A model generated the notes under the pieces. It was not told where the DNA came from, did no database searches, and worked only from the letters and a program-made list of their open reading frames with translations. This document shows positions 63,836 through 64,000 of a stretch of 64,000 nucleotides of DNA, one piece after another. Origin of the DNA: Camelus dromedarius (taxonomy: Eukaryota). The position numbers and the translations under genes are program-made. How positions within the stretch are numbered: position 1 is the first letter of the stretch; each line of letters begins with the position of its first letter. The stretch lies in assembly GCF_036321535.1 (NCBI RefSeq), contig NC_087436.1:114888001-114952000 (forward strand), read 5' to 3'.

Positions 63836-64000
63836 GCAGTTTAAAAAACTTAGCCTTAAAAACTTTACTCCATTTATAAGAGTATACTATTAACTTTCCC
63901 AAAGTAGTGTCAACCTAAAACATTTGCTTCTCAAAAAACTCAGATTCTAAAAAAATTTTTTTTTTTAATTTGTAAAAATTCCCTAAGACTCATCATGGTA

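Noticed and set aside
1..64000. CRISPR array, operon, viral or other novel multi-gene system
   Set aside because: No regularly spaced repeats, long ORFs or gene-dense tract; the content is typical mammalian non-coding DNA.

Overview
Repeat-rich, non-coding placental mammal genomic DNA (intron of a long gene or intergenic), very probably camelid (camel/alpaca/llama), because it carries two tRNA-Ala-derived Vic-1-type SINEs and cetartiodactyl/camelid-type L1 3' ends, while I saw no Alu, B1/B2, Bov-tA or PRE SINEs. I found no convincing protein-coding exon, RNA gene, CRISPR array or prokaryote-type system. The only ORFs in the track with recognisable similarity are decayed L1 ORF2 pieces. Much of the window is transposon relics: L1 (old and lineage-specific, several with target-site duplications, TSDs), L2, MIR, MaLR/ERVL solo LTRs, and DNA transposons (MER82-, MER20-, MER5A-like), often nested. 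The most interesting observations are a ~345-bp probable retrocopy of an unidentified mRNA 3' end inside an old L1, a cluster of three L1 tails at 27.9-30.0 kb that includes an inverted same-subfamily pair, L1 truncation points near a G-quadruplex tract, two ancient L2 relics that are unexpectedly CpG-rich, two recursive-splice-like YAG|GT motifs, and several repeat-free, motif-rich candidate enhancers. Subfamily names come from recalled consensus sequences, not a database search, and boundaries of old repeats are approximate.
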